A stretch of DNA of 64,000 nt from an uncultured bacterium (GTDB lineage Bacteria > Myxococcota_A > UBA9042 > PHBI01): contig CALHXW010000039.1 of NCBI GenBank assembly GCA_938040325.1, positions 13,513-77,512 of the forward strand. Reading direction: 5' to 3'. Shown here in pieces: positions 19,161-28,283 of the stretch. The notes beneath the pieces were generated by a model, which did not search any database, was not told the origin of the DNA, and saw nothing but the letters and a program-made list of their open reading frames with translations. Made by a program: the position numbers and the translations under genes. The stretch's first letter is position 1. Every line of letters starts with the position of its first letter.

Positions 19161-20261
19161 ATGTCTGCACAGACTCAAACAGACCAAGAGTTTGCCGGTG
19201 CCCATGGGGTGCCGGTCGAAGCAGTCCAGCTGCTACGGCGCGCTGAGCTCATCGATCTTCACATCGACACGTTCATCCCGCCGCGCTTGATGGGCTACAA
19301 CCTCCATAAGCGGCACGGGCTTGGCCTCTTGCGTGGGCGCTTCTTCGGGCACTTGGACTTGCCGCGTGTGGAGGAGGGGGGCCTGACGGGCGCCATGTGG
19401 TCGATCACGACCAACCCCTTTCGAACGCGCGCCGGTCGCTGGCGTACGTTCACCAAAAACCTCAAGCGCTTTCGCAACTTCATCGACAGCACGGACGGAC
19501 GTCTGCGGATCGTTGGAGACGCCGCCGAGTATGCGGCCGCGCGGCAGGCCGGCGCCCATGCGGTGCTACCCAGCGTTCAGGGCGGCAATGCCTTCGAAGG
19601 CGCGCCGGATGGTTGGCTCTCGATCGCTGACAACCCCATCGTGCGGGTGACGCTGGTTCACCTCACCAACTCGGCCTACGGCATCACATCCAGTCCGTTT
19701 AAGGGCTGGAAGGGCAAGCGTGGCCTGACGGATGCCGGGCGTGACTTTGTCAAAGAGCTCAACCACCACCGCGTGTTCGTCGACCTGGCCCACGTGAACC
19801 CACGCACGTTCTGGGACGCCGTCGAGGTCCACGACAAGACCCAGCCGCTCCTCGCCACTCACACTGGCGTCAACGGTGTGAAGAAGCACTGGCGCAACCT
19901 CGACGACGACCAGCTCAAGGCGATCGCTGACACCGGCGGCGTGATCGGCATCATCTTCTCGCAGGCGTTCCTCAAGGTGCGTGGCGGGCCTCGTGACTCC
20001 GGCATGGTGGTCGACCATATGGAGCACGTCATCGACGTGGTCGGCGAAGATCATGTGGCCGTTGGAAGCGACTACGACGGCGCCATCGTGCCACCACCGG
20101 ATCTGCGCAGCGGTACCAACTACGTGCGGCTTGTTGCAGCGATGCTCGCGCGCGGCTGGTCGGCCGAGCGTGTCGAGAAGGTCTTGGGGGGCAACGCGCT
20201 GAGGGTGCTGGCCGAGCTCCGGCCCGGCAAGGTCCAGAGCGCGTCTGCTGGAGCGGCGTAG
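19161..20261 (+). CDS. Membrane (renal-type) dipeptidase, peptidase family M19
   Basis: 366 aa. DLHIDT, LVHLTNSAYG, VDLAHV, GSDYDG and the VLGGNALRV C-terminus are characteristic of M19 dipeptidases. Confidence 0.85.
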   Translation: MSAQTQTDQEFAGAHGVPVEAVQLLRRAELIDLHIDTFIPPRLMGYNLHKRHGLGLLRGRFFGHLDLPRVEEGGLTGAMWSITTNPFRTRAGRWRTFTKNLKRFRNFIDSTDGRLRIVGDAAEYAAARQAGAHAVLPSVQGGNAFEGAPDGWLSIADNPIVRVTLVHLTNSAYGITSSPFKGWKGKRGLTDAGRDFVKELNHHRVFVDLAHVNPRTFWDAVEVHDKTQPLLATHTGVNGVKKHWRNLDDDQLKAIADTGGVIGIIFSQAFLKVRGGPRDSGMVVDHMEHVIDVVGEDHVAVGSDYDGAIVPPPDLRSGTNYVRLVAAMLARGWSAERVEKVLGGNALRVLAELRPGKVQSASAGAA

Positions 20262-20429
20262 CGCCGAGTGCTTGGGTCGGCCGCACTCGGACCGATGACG
20301 AGGCTTGGCGTCGCCGAGCACGCTCAGAGCGGGGCCCATTGCCGCGTGCGGCTTGGAGCCGAGGGCTAACTGTGGTCTACTGACCCCAGCACCCAACATT
20401 CCTCTCCTCGGACCACCTTCGGAGCTCTC

Positions 20430-22034
20430 ATGGCTGAGAAGTCACGCCCTGTACGTCCTGCAGTCCCGCTCGCAACCCGCATTCGTGCAGCGTTGGACGA
20501 AAAGAAAGCGACAGTCGCTGCAGAGCTTTTGGAGGCGCATGGCAACGAGCTGCTCCTCGATGGCGAGTCTGCCCAGCTGCGCAGCTGGGTCGATGAGACC
20601 ATCGCGCTCGACCCTGAGACGAACGCTCGGCCGCGGCTGGCGTTGGTGCATGCGTGGGCGCTGGTCGATGCAGAGCAATACGGTGCCGCGTCTGCCCGAG
20701 TAGCGGTCGCCGAGCGGGCGGCGCGGGCGGCGTCGATGACAAGCGCCGCTGAGAGGGACGACGACCTCATGCGTCGAGCGGCAGGAATGCGCGCTCACTT
20801 GGCTTGGGTGAACGGCGTGGTTGGGGGGACATCGGCGGCGATGCTGCACCCAGACTCCGACGACCACCCCGTGTGGCGCGCCGCAGCATTGCTGCGCTAT
20901 GGCCGCTGCCAGCAGCTCGCCGGGAGGCCACGCCTGGCGAGCGATGCGCTCTCGGCCGCCATCGCTGGGGCGAGCGTGTCCAACCGGCGGCTCGCAAAGG
21001 TCGTGGTCGGGCGAGCACTGGTCGTGCGTGGGCGGGCGCTAGAAGCGCTGGGGAGCCTCGATGACGCGTCGGCCCTCTACACGCGGGCTGCCAAGGTTGC
21101 CAACGAGACCCCGGATGATGCGACGCTCTGCGATGTGGCCGATGCCGCGCGGGTCGGCCTTGCCCGCCTTGCGACTGCGCTGGGCGACCACGAGTCCGCG
21201 TCGACGCTTCTGAGCAAAGCGCTCACGCGCGCCGACCAGACGCCGGAAGCGGTTCAGGCGCTGACGGTGCAGCTCGATGGGCGCTTGCTGGCGTTGTCGC
21301 TGGCAGCGCTCGGAGACGATGTGTCCGCCGGGAAAGCGGCGGTCGACGCTGCGGAGCGCTTCGTGACGCAGACCGGACGCCGCTGGGCACTGCCGCTGCT
21401 CGGCGCGGCACGGGCGCGTCTAGCGCTCGACCAAGGGGACCTTGGCGCCGCGAAACGCTGGGCTCAGCAGCGCTCAATGGCGCCAGCGCAGGCCCCATCG
21501 CCGACCGTCGTCGGCGAGCTGTTGCTCCTGGCGCGGCTGAAACATGCCGGCTGTCACGTCACCGTTGCGCCGTCCGAGGTCGAAGCAAACCTCAAGGCAG
21601 CTCAGGCTGATGGGCGCGTTGTGGACGTTGGACGGCTGCTCGCGGCCAAGGCGTGCGTCGCGCTCTCCGCTGGCGAGCGCAAGGAAGCGGCGGACCTCGC
21701 CATCGCCGCCAAGAAGGCCGCCGGCGCAGCTCAGCTGCTCATCGCGCGAGAGCTTCCGGACCTGCGTCCGCCACCGGTGGCGAGCGTCGAGCAAGAGCCC
21801 AAAGCCGCTGTCGAGACCACCGGCTTTCCTCCCGCGCAGCCACGTCCCGTGCCGACGCCAGAGCCGGCATCCTCGCCCGAGACGCCTGCCGGCACGTCCA
21901 GCGACGTCGTCGCATCCACGGGCCCGCCGAAGTCGCCGACAACGTCGAACGCAGCGTCTCAGCGGGTAGCGGCTGCCGGCACGCCGGACACCACGCGCAC
22001 CGAGGACGTCGCGACCGAGTCTGCGAGCGCTTGA
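20430..22034 (+). CDS. Hypothetical Ala-rich alpha-helical (TPR/MalT-C-like) protein with a Pro/Thr/Ser-rich C-terminal tail
   Basis: 534-aa ORF with high GC3. Helical-repeat character, no catalytic motif recognised. Preceded by GGACCACCTTCGGAG then ATG. Confidence 0.6.
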   Translation: MAEKSRPVRPAVPLATRIRAALDEKKATVAAELLEAHGNELLLDGESAQLRSWVDETIALDPETNARPRLALVHAWALVDAEQYGAASARVAVAERAARAASMTSAAERDDDLMRRAAGMRAHLAWVNGVVGGTSAAMLHPDSDDHPVWRAAALLRYGRCQQLAGRPRLASDALSAAIAGASVSNRRLAKVVVGRALVVRGRALEALGSLDDASALYTRAAKVANETPDDATLCDVADAARVGLARLATALGDHESASTLLSKALTRADQTPEAVQALTVQLDGRLLALSLAALGDDVSAGKAAVDAAERFVTQTGRRWALPLLGAARARLALDQGDLGAAKRWAQQRSMAPAQAPSPTVVGELLLLARLKHAGCHVTVAPSEVEANLKAAQADGRVVDVGRLLAAKACVALSAGERKEAADLAIAAKKAAGAAQLLIARELPDLRPPPVASVEQEPKAAVETTGFPPAQPRPVPTPEPASSPETPAGTSSDVVASTGPPKSPTTSNAASQRVAAAGTPDTTRTEDVATESASA

Positions 22035-22040
22035 GCGGCC

Positions 22041-22655
22041 TCAGTCGAGAAAGTCGACCGGGCCCTTGCCGGCGCGGACGAGCTCCGGTGGCTCGACGGT
22101 AAAGTCGATGACGGTCGACGGGTGGGGCTCAAGCGGCCCCTGGTCCAAGACGAATGCCGGGCGGACATACAGCTTTTTGGCAATCTCGACAGGGTCGATG
22201 GGAACGCCCTGTTCCCAGCCGGGCACACTCGACACGAGGAGCGGGGTCCCGAGGCCCTCGACCAGCGCTTGCGGAACCGGGTGGTCTGGGATTCGGATGC
22301 CGATGGTCTTGCGCTTGCCGGTCGCCTGTTTCGGCAGGTCGCGGCTAGCCTTAAGCAGCATCGTGTAGGGACCTGGCAAGTGGTCCCGGCAGAAGCGGAA
22401 TGCGTCGTCGCTGAACCCGCGGACCAAGGCGCCGACCTCTTTCATGCTCTCACACATCACGCTGCAGGCTTTCGTCCTGTCCATCTGCTTGGCGGTGTAG
22501 AGCTTTGAGACGGCGCGGTTATCCCAAGGGGACACGCCGATCGCGTAGATCGAGTCCGTCGGAAAAAGGACGAGTTCACCCTTTCTCAGTGCCTCGATTG
22601 CGGGGCCGAGTGTCCACGTCTCTGGAACGTCGCGGTCGAGCGAGATGACCTTCAT
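22041..22655 (-). CDS. tsaC: L-threonylcarbamoyladenylate synthase (TsaC/YrdC family)
   Basis: 204 aa. LVLFPTDSIYAIG, KACSVM, TIGIRIPDHP and TSVIDFT are YrdC-domain signatures. Confidence 0.9.
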   Translation of the reverse strand: MKVISLDRDVPETWTLGPAIEALRKGELVLFPTDSIYAIGVSPWDNRAVSKLYTAKQMDRTKACSVMCESMKEVGALVRGFSDDAFRFCRDHLPGPYTMLLKASRDLPKQATGKRKTIGIRIPDHPVPQALVEGLGTPLLVSSVPGWEQGVPIDPVEIAKKLYVRPAFVLDQGPLEPHPSTVIDFTVEPPELVRAGKGPVDFLD

Positions 22656-23551
22656 GCGACGGAGGAATGCCCCAGAGCGCCTGCGTAAGCAAGCGTGACG
22701 TTTGCTTCAGTGCCATCGAGGTGCGGGCCAATGTCGACCGACAACGCCGTCGCGCAAGCCAGCAGCGCAAGTGACGTGGTGTCGACGATGCCCCGAGCGT
22801 CGTCTCCGATCGCGGGGTCGTCGGCCGCCTTGGCGAGCCATGTCTCCGCGTGGAGCTCGCCGTGACGCTCGATGGCAGCGAGGGTGCCCGCTGCGTCGCG
22901 CGCGCGGATCGCTGCGAGCGCGTCGATCGCAGCCGCAACCCGGCCCAGCCCGCCACGGGCGCCGCGGAGCGTGCCGAACTCGGCGTCTCGGATCACGGTC
23001 GCGAGGGCCACCGAGGCTGCAAAAGACTCAAGCGACGTCATCGCGATGGCGGACAGAGCTAGGCAGTAGCAGACTGCAAGCGTACCGGCGACGTCGGCTG
23101 CATCGACCAGTCGGCCGCCGCGGAAGTGGGGCGTGAGCGCCGAGATCTCAGCGCCAACGGCGTCGCTCTCCACACCTGCCAGAACCGTCATGGCGTCGAG
23201 CCCCAGCACGTCGCCGACACGCGAGACAACGTCTGCGTCACCCGCGGCGATCGCCACCTCAAGGCCGGTGAGCCGGCGCCTTCGGAGCTGATGGTGGGGC
23301 CACTTCGCGAGAAAGATCTCGCCGTGATCACCGTAACAGCGGCTCGCCATCCATAGCTCGCGCAAGACGTCCTCGGCCGGTTGTCCGAGGGCGAAGCGGG
23401 CATCGGCTCGCTGCTGGAAAACCGGCAGATAGCTCATATGGGTTTCGTTGATGTATACCCGCAGCGTCTCGTCGGATTCGGCGAGCACTCGTTCGAGCGC
23501 AGCGGGGTTCGCATTTTCAGCGAGCCATGGACGTAAGGAGAGAGCGCACAT
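22652..23551 (-). CDS. Hypothetical protein (no recognisable family)
   Basis: High GC3 throughout. Stop overlaps the tsaC start. The ATG at 23551..23549 overlaps the divergent pentapeptide-repeat start, forming the palindrome CATG. The track ORF starts at 23671, but the first 40 residues overlap the other gene's upstream region. A later start (MSYLPVF near 23437) is possible. Confidence 0.55.
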   Translation of the reverse strand: MCALSLRPWLAENANPAALERVLAESDETLRVYINETHMSYLPVFQQRADARFALGQPAEDVLRELWMASRCYGDHGEIFLAKWPHHQLRRRRLTGLEVAIAAGDADVVSRVGDVLGLDAMTVLAGVESDAVGAEISALTPHFRGGRLVDAADVAGTLAVCYCLALSAIAMTSLESFAASVALATVIRDAEFGTLRGARGGLGRVAAAIDALAAIRARDAAGTLAAIERHGELHAETWLAKAADDPAIGDDARGIVDTTSLALLACATALSVDIGPHLDGTEANVTLAYAGALGHSSVA

Positions 23552-23951
23552 GAGCAAAGGATCGCACAAGTCGGGCGACGACGCGACGGGTCTGGTGGCC
23601 ATCGTCGATGGCGAGCTGGCAAACACGCAGTTTATCGACACGAGCCTGGCCGGCGCTCGGTTCGTCGACACCGATCTCTCCGGTGCACACTTTCACGACT
23701 CGGCGCTCATCGGGGCGACGATCACCGACTGCGATCTCCGCGGTGCCCACTTCGAAGACGTGAGCCTTCGTGGCGCCAACCTGGTCGACGTCGACGTCAC
23801 TGGCTGCACGATCAACGGGGTCGCGATCGGGCCGCTGATCGACCGTGTGCTCGCCGCCGTGATGGCTGAGAGCGAAGAGTCAGGCGAGAAGCCGGCGAAG
23901 AAGCCCAAGAAGTCGGCCAAGAAGTCAGCCAAGAAGAGCAAGGACAGCTGA
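23550..23951 (+). CDS. Pentapeptide-repeat protein with a Lys-rich (histone H1-like) C-terminal tail
   Basis: Consecutive A(D/N)LxG pentapeptides (DTSLAGARFVDTDLSGAHFHDSALIGATITDCDLRGAHFEDVSLRGANLVDVDV). Tail is KPAKKPKKSAKKSAKKSKDS. I prefer the ATG at 23550 over the track start at 23448. Confidence 0.8.
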   Translation: MSKGSHKSGDDATGLVAIVDGELANTQFIDTSLAGARFVDTDLSGAHFHDSALIGATITDCDLRGAHFEDVSLRGANLVDVDVTGCTINGVAIGPLIDRVLAAVMAESEESGEKPAKKPKKSAKKSAKKSKDS

Positions 23952-23958
23952 GCTTTCC

Positions 23959-24987
23959 CTACTTCCTGTCGATGAGCATGCGCAGGTGGGCTGCAGCAGC
24001 CTCTGGCGGCGTCGGGTTGATCGGCGTCTCGGTGGCGAGCTCGTAGCCGGCGCCGGGCAGGACTCTGGGCGTCAGCTCGATCCGCCAGTGGTGGCTCGCC
24101 TCGAGCTGCTCAAGCCCCTGGCGCCCATGCTCGAACGAATCGGTGGTGGGAGCGTCGACGATGACGAGGTTGTAGCCGGCTCGGGCCGTTGCCGCCTGAA
24201 GTGGCCCTAAGATTGCCTCAAGCGTCGCGGCGACCGCTGAGAGGCTGCTCGGGCTGGCATCACGAAACGAAGCCGCGTGCTCAGTCGGAAGCACCCACGT
24301 CTCGAACGGCTGGCGACTGGCGAAGGGCGCGACGGCGACGGCACCGCCTGCATCGAAGACCAGCCGTGTGCGCTCGTCCCGCTCCTGAGCGATGACCGCG
24401 CAGCTCAGACACTCGTGATGGCAGGTGAAATGCGCAGTTGCGAGCGCCAGCTCACGCATCACGCGTGCTGGGCGGATCGAGCTCGCGATGAGCTGGCTGT
24501 GTGGGTGGGACTTGGTGGCGCCTGCTTGGCGCCCGCAGTTCTTAAAGACTTGGACATGCTGCAGTCGGCGGTCGCCGACCAGATCGCGGCTTCGTGCTTG
24601 CCAGACCTCCAAGAGAGCCGCCAGGTGATCGCGGGTTGCCTGCTCAAGCAAGCGGTCGTGGAAGCGCGACTCGACGATGACCTCGTGGGCTCCGGTCGCC
24701 GCTCGCGCGACGTAGAGTCCGCGCTCGCGGGTCTCGGGCTCAGGCTCGATTCGCAACGCCGGGTAGAGGTTGGGCACGACCGTGATGCGGTCGTTGCCCA
24801 CTGCGCGCTCTGCAAGGACGTGGGGCTGAGCTGTCTCAAGGTCGCAGAACGGACACGATGGGGCGCTACTCGCGACCGGCGTGACCGTCGGCGCAAAGTC
24901 CGACGGACGCCTGCCTCGCGTGGTCGCGATGACGACCCAGCCGCCACGCAGCGGGTCCCAACGTAGCTCGTCAGCGTCTGGCGTCAT
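23959..24987 (-). CDS. Galactose-1-phosphate uridylyltransferase family protein (GalT-like, HIT-superfamily nucleotidyltransferase)
   Basis: CPFCD zinc-site motif and HPHSQ (HxHxQ) active-site motif. 5 bp downstream of the GH57 gene on the same strand. Confidence 0.85.
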   Translation of the reverse strand: MTPDADELRWDPLRGGWVVIATTRGRRPSDFAPTVTPVASSAPSCPFCDLETAQPHVLAERAVGNDRITVVPNLYPALRIEPEPETRERGLYVARAATGAHEVIVESRFHDRLLEQATRDHLAALLEVWQARSRDLVGDRRLQHVQVFKNCGRQAGATKSHPHSQLIASSIRPARVMRELALATAHFTCHHECLSCAVIAQERDERTRLVFDAGGAVAVAPFASRQPFETWVLPTEHAASFRDASPSSLSAVAATLEAILGPLQAATARAGYNLVIVDAPTTDSFEHGRQGLEQLEASHHWRIELTPRVLPGAGYELATETPINPTPPEAAAAHLRMLIDRK

Positions 24988-24991
24988 CGCA

Positions 24992-27019
24992 TCATCCTCG
25001 TGGCCAACCCGTCATGGCATTGCTGGTCAAGCGCACGGTTGCCGGTGTCGCGCCGGGAAACGTCTCGACGGCATCTCCGTGAGCGTTAACGAGCACCAGT
25101 CGGAGCGCGACGTCTGCCCCAAGCGGTCGTGGCACCGCGACCTCCAGCACATCGGCGAGGGCGCATAGGGTCGTGTTGTTGCCTGGCCACAGCTGCTGGC
25201 GTTGACCATCGACCTCCAGCTCGACGCGGTGCGTGCCGAGGGAGGCACGAGGCTCGGGGCCCAGGTCGACCCGCAGGTAGAGGGTGTCGGCGTCCACGGT
25301 GTAGTGCAGCCGCTCGATCAGCCGGGCGGCACGGTGGTCGGCGCCGGCCGCTGGCGAGACGACGCCTGCTCCGTGCCACTTGAAAAACCACGCGCTGTGT
25401 CCGTCCACGGCCGGTGAGAAGGTCTCGCACGGCGCTTCCCGCAGCGCCGGCGTTGGCTGCGCCAGCGGCGAGCGAAGGGCGTCTGGCACCGGTTCGCCGA
25501 TACGCTGGTAGATCGCTTGGAGGTGACGGCGGAAGAGGTGGTCGAAGGCGCTGTCATAGGGGCTCGAGTGTCCCTCGCCAAACCACCACCACCAGTCGGA
25601 CGACTCGGCCGCGAGCAGCAGCTGGGCGAGCTCTGGGTCGCCAGCCTCGATCGCTGAGAAGTCTGCATAGTGCGCATGCACGGCTGCTCGTGCGTCGCTG
25701 AGCAAGTCCCAGCCTCGGTTCTTGACCGGATCGCCGATCCACGTCCGCAGGGTGCCGTCGATCCATGAGCCGGTCGCCATCGCTGGCAGCGGTCGCGCTG
25801 GCACCCTCGCGAGAGCGCTCGAGATCGTCGCGAGCTCGACGCCACTGAGCGCCTCGATGGCCTTGTAGAGTCCTGGAAGAAAGCCTGCGATGCCGCTGGG
25901 GTAGCGCTCCCAGCAGTTCTCACCGTCGAGGGCGACAAGAAGAACGCCGTCGCGTTCGGTCCCACCAAGCGCATCGCGACGGTTCGCCACGGCGTCAGCA
26001 AAGTCGGCGTAGGCGCGCTCCGGCTGCCAGTCTGCGTAGACGAAGCCGATCCGGTCGGACAGGTCGTGGTCACGGTAGACCAGCTTGACCCCTTCGAACT
26101 CCCAAGGCGACAGCCGCTCGGACGCTGTCGCTCGCCGGCCTAGACTCTTGTCGAGTAGGGCTTCGTCGGTGGCCAGCCACTGCACCCCAGCGGCTGCGAA
26201 CACCTGGAGGGCCGCAGGCGACACTGCGCCCTCGGCAGGCCACATGCCAATGGCGGGTGTCCCAAAGGTCTCCGTGTGGGCGGCAAGACCGGCTCGAACA
26301 TGCGCAGCGGCGTCGCCGGGTGCATGGAGCCGGCGCGCGGGCAGTGGCGTGGCGGGATCGGCAGCAGTTGCGGCATGCGTGTCGAGCAGAAGCGGGAGGA
26401 TGGGGTGTGCGTACGGCGTTGTCGAAAGCTCGACAGATCCGCTCCGCGCGAGGGCGCCCCACACGTCTGGCAAGTCTGCAAGCCCGTGACAGATCGCTTC
26501 ATGCAGGGCGTGCTTGTCGGCCTCTGAGAAGTTGCTGCCTTGCGCGAAGAGCCGCTGGGCGACGGTCTCGCTGCGGACAACGTGGCCGCACCAGGCGAGG
26601 GTGTGCCAGACCTGAAGATCACGCCGCTCGGCTTCGGTGAGCGGCTTGTCGGCCGTCACCTTGTCGCGGATGGCGCGATAGCCGGCATGGGGTTCGAGCA
26701 GGGTCGGCTGGTGGATGCTAAAGAAGTGCTGTCGCAGGTAGGCGACGTCGTCGTCGGTGAGGCTTGAGGCGTCCTTGAGTGCCACCGACAAGAACGCGTC
26801 CCGGTGGTCCAGGTTGGCCGCGTCGGCAAGCTGCTGCATCAGGCTTGGCACCCAGTTCACCGTCGCACGGGCGCTCGGGACCTGTTGGTGGACCCAGGCA
26901 AGGTCGCGGTAGTCCTTGGTGCCATGGAGCCTGACCCACGGCATCGTCGCGACCCGCGTGATCGGGTCTTGATAGAAGGGCTGATGCATGTGCCAGAGGA
27001 ACGCGACGTGCAGAGTCAC
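24992..27019 (-). CDS. Glycoside hydrolase family 57 protein (alpha-1,4-glucan branching enzyme / amylase-type)
   Basis: N-terminal LWHMHQPFY GH57 signature. 675 aa with a helical C-terminal region, as in GH57 branching enzymes. Confidence 0.88.
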   Translation of the reverse strand: MTLHVAFLWHMHQPFYQDPITRVATMPWVRLHGTKDYRDLAWVHQQVPSARATVNWVPSLMQQLADAANLDHRDAFLSVALKDASSLTDDDVAYLRQHFFSIHQPTLLEPHAGYRAIRDKVTADKPLTEAERRDLQVWHTLAWCGHVVRSETVAQRLFAQGSNFSEADKHALHEAICHGLADLPDVWGALARSGSVELSTTPYAHPILPLLLDTHAATAADPATPLPARRLHAPGDAAAHVRAGLAAHTETFGTPAIGMWPAEGAVSPAALQVFAAAGVQWLATDEALLDKSLGRRATASERLSPWEFEGVKLVYRDHDLSDRIGFVYADWQPERAYADFADAVANRRDALGGTERDGVLLVALDGENCWERYPSGIAGFLPGLYKAIEALSGVELATISSALARVPARPLPAMATGSWIDGTLRTWIGDPVKNRGWDLLSDARAAVHAHYADFSAIEAGDPELAQLLLAAESSDWWWWFGEGHSSPYDSAFDHLFRRHLQAIYQRIGEPVPDALRSPLAQPTPALREAPCETFSPAVDGHSAWFFKWHGAGVVSPAAGADHRAARLIERLHYTVDADTLYLRVDLGPEPRASLGTHRVELEVDGQRQQLWPGNNTTLCALADVLEVAVPRPLGADVALRLVLVNAHGDAVETFPGATPATVRLTSNAMTGWPRG

Positions 27020-27022
27020 CGC

Positions 27023-27952
27023 TTAGCCCCCGACGTTGAACTTCGCCAGTCCAAGTCGCTCGCCATTGGAGCCGACGACCTCGCACGACCATGGCCCGGT
27101 CCACTTCGTCTTGGTTCGCTGCCGCGACCATGTGCGCCACTTCGGGCTCTTGCCGACCTTCAGCTCGACCTTGCTAACAAGACGTGTGCCGCGTCGCCAG
27201 ATGTGGGTGACGGTGGCTTCCTGCATCGTGTTCTTGAAGATCGTGAAGCAGTAAAAGAGCTCCGGGATGACCGGGAACGACGCTGCAGCACCCTGGATCT
27301 GACGCGACTCGACGCCTGTGCCGATCACGAGATCGACGAGCTCGGTCTGGCCGGTCGTGTTCCACATGGTGACGCCCTCGCGTCCAACGCGGGGGCTCGT
27401 TGAGACAGCGCCGCTCGAGGCCACGCTGGGTTGGATCGGGGTCACCGGCACCGGGACCGGCTGAACCACCCGGATCGAGGCCGGGTCGTCGGCGGCGGCG
27501 GCAAGGTCGGCTTGGGTGAGGTTCGTCGCGCTGACCGGTCGCCCCTGAGGCTGAGCGTTGGGCTGCACACGATTGACGCTCGGCGGCACAGTGCCCGGCG
27601 AGACCACTGGAGGCACGTTGCCGCGGAGCTGAGGGCTGCCTCCAACAGGCTGAGGCGCGCGCGCGGTGTTGCCGGCAGCAGGGGCGTTGGCGATGTCGCG
27701 ATTGTTGACGCGTGCCTCGGCGATCGCGGCGCGCTCGCGCGCGGTGAGCGACGGCCCCTCGGCGGCGGTGATCGTCCGTCGCGGGCGCATGTCGCTGCGG
27801 AGCTCTTCGAGCAGCTCGGCACGGAGCTCAGCTTTGAGCTGGCTGCGGAGCTCCGGCGAGATCGACTCGTCCTTGCTGTCGCAGGCAAACAAGCTTGTGC
27901 TGATGGCGATCAGGCACAGCAGGGAAAGGCGGTGATGAGGCAGGCAAACCAT
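27023..27952 (-). CDS. Lipoprotein (lipobox LFAC) with a Pro/Gln-rich linker and a conserved C-terminal domain (tentatively DUF2914-like)
   Basis: Signal peptide plus lipobox. C-terminal ~120 aa: MWNTTGQTELVDLVIG...YCFTIFKN...THIWRRG...WSCEVV. 3 bp upstream of the GH57 gene. The domain name is from memory and should be confirmed. Confidence 0.65.
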   Translation of the reverse strand: MVCLPHHRLSLLCLIAISTSLFACDSKDESISPELRSQLKAELRAELLEELRSDMRPRRTITAAEGPSLTARERAAIAEARVNNRDIANAPAAGNTARAPQPVGGSPQLRGNVPPVVSPGTVPPSVNRVQPNAQPQGRPVSATNLTQADLAAAADDPASIRVVQPVPVPVTPIQPSVASSGAVSTSPRVGREGVTMWNTTGQTELVDLVIGTGVESRQIQGAAASFPVIPELFYCFTIFKNTMQEATVTHIWRRGTRLVSKVELKVGKSPKWRTWSRQRTKTKWTGPWSCEVVGSNGERLGLAKFNVGG

Positions 27953-28283
27953 GGGTGAGATCTACGCCGATTGTTCACGCGCGTCGAGCAGCAACTCGGC
28001 GTTTCCCGTCGAGGTTTGGGCCGCGTTCGAGGTGGCGTCCGGGCCGTTGATGGACCGGCGGGTGGGGAGGCGACGGCCAGCCTCGCGACTCGCGCTTCGG
28101 ACAGGCATCGTCGTCCGCTGCGCAAGCCCGCCTGCCCAAAGCGCGAGCTCGCCGCGGGCAGGGCCATGTCGCCGTGTGCCGCCGGTGCCTGCGAGTTTGC
28201 TCACTCAGGCGGCCGAACGAGGGCGGTTTTTTCGACAGACACTTAGAGCAGACCTAGGGTCGGGCGGCACTGGAGGAAGTCCC

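Noticed and set aside
20509-20520. CGACAGTCG copy inside the 20430 gene matching the upstream-activator repeat unit
   Set aside because: It is a single copy inside a coding region with no phased partners, so most likely chance.
27951-28283. Upstream extension of the STAND kinase ORF (MGEIYADC...)
   Set aside because: The extension would overlap the divergent lipoprotein gene's start region and is low-complexity. The ATG at 28284 has a GGAGGAAG Shine-Dalgarno and begins at the zinc-ribbon motif.
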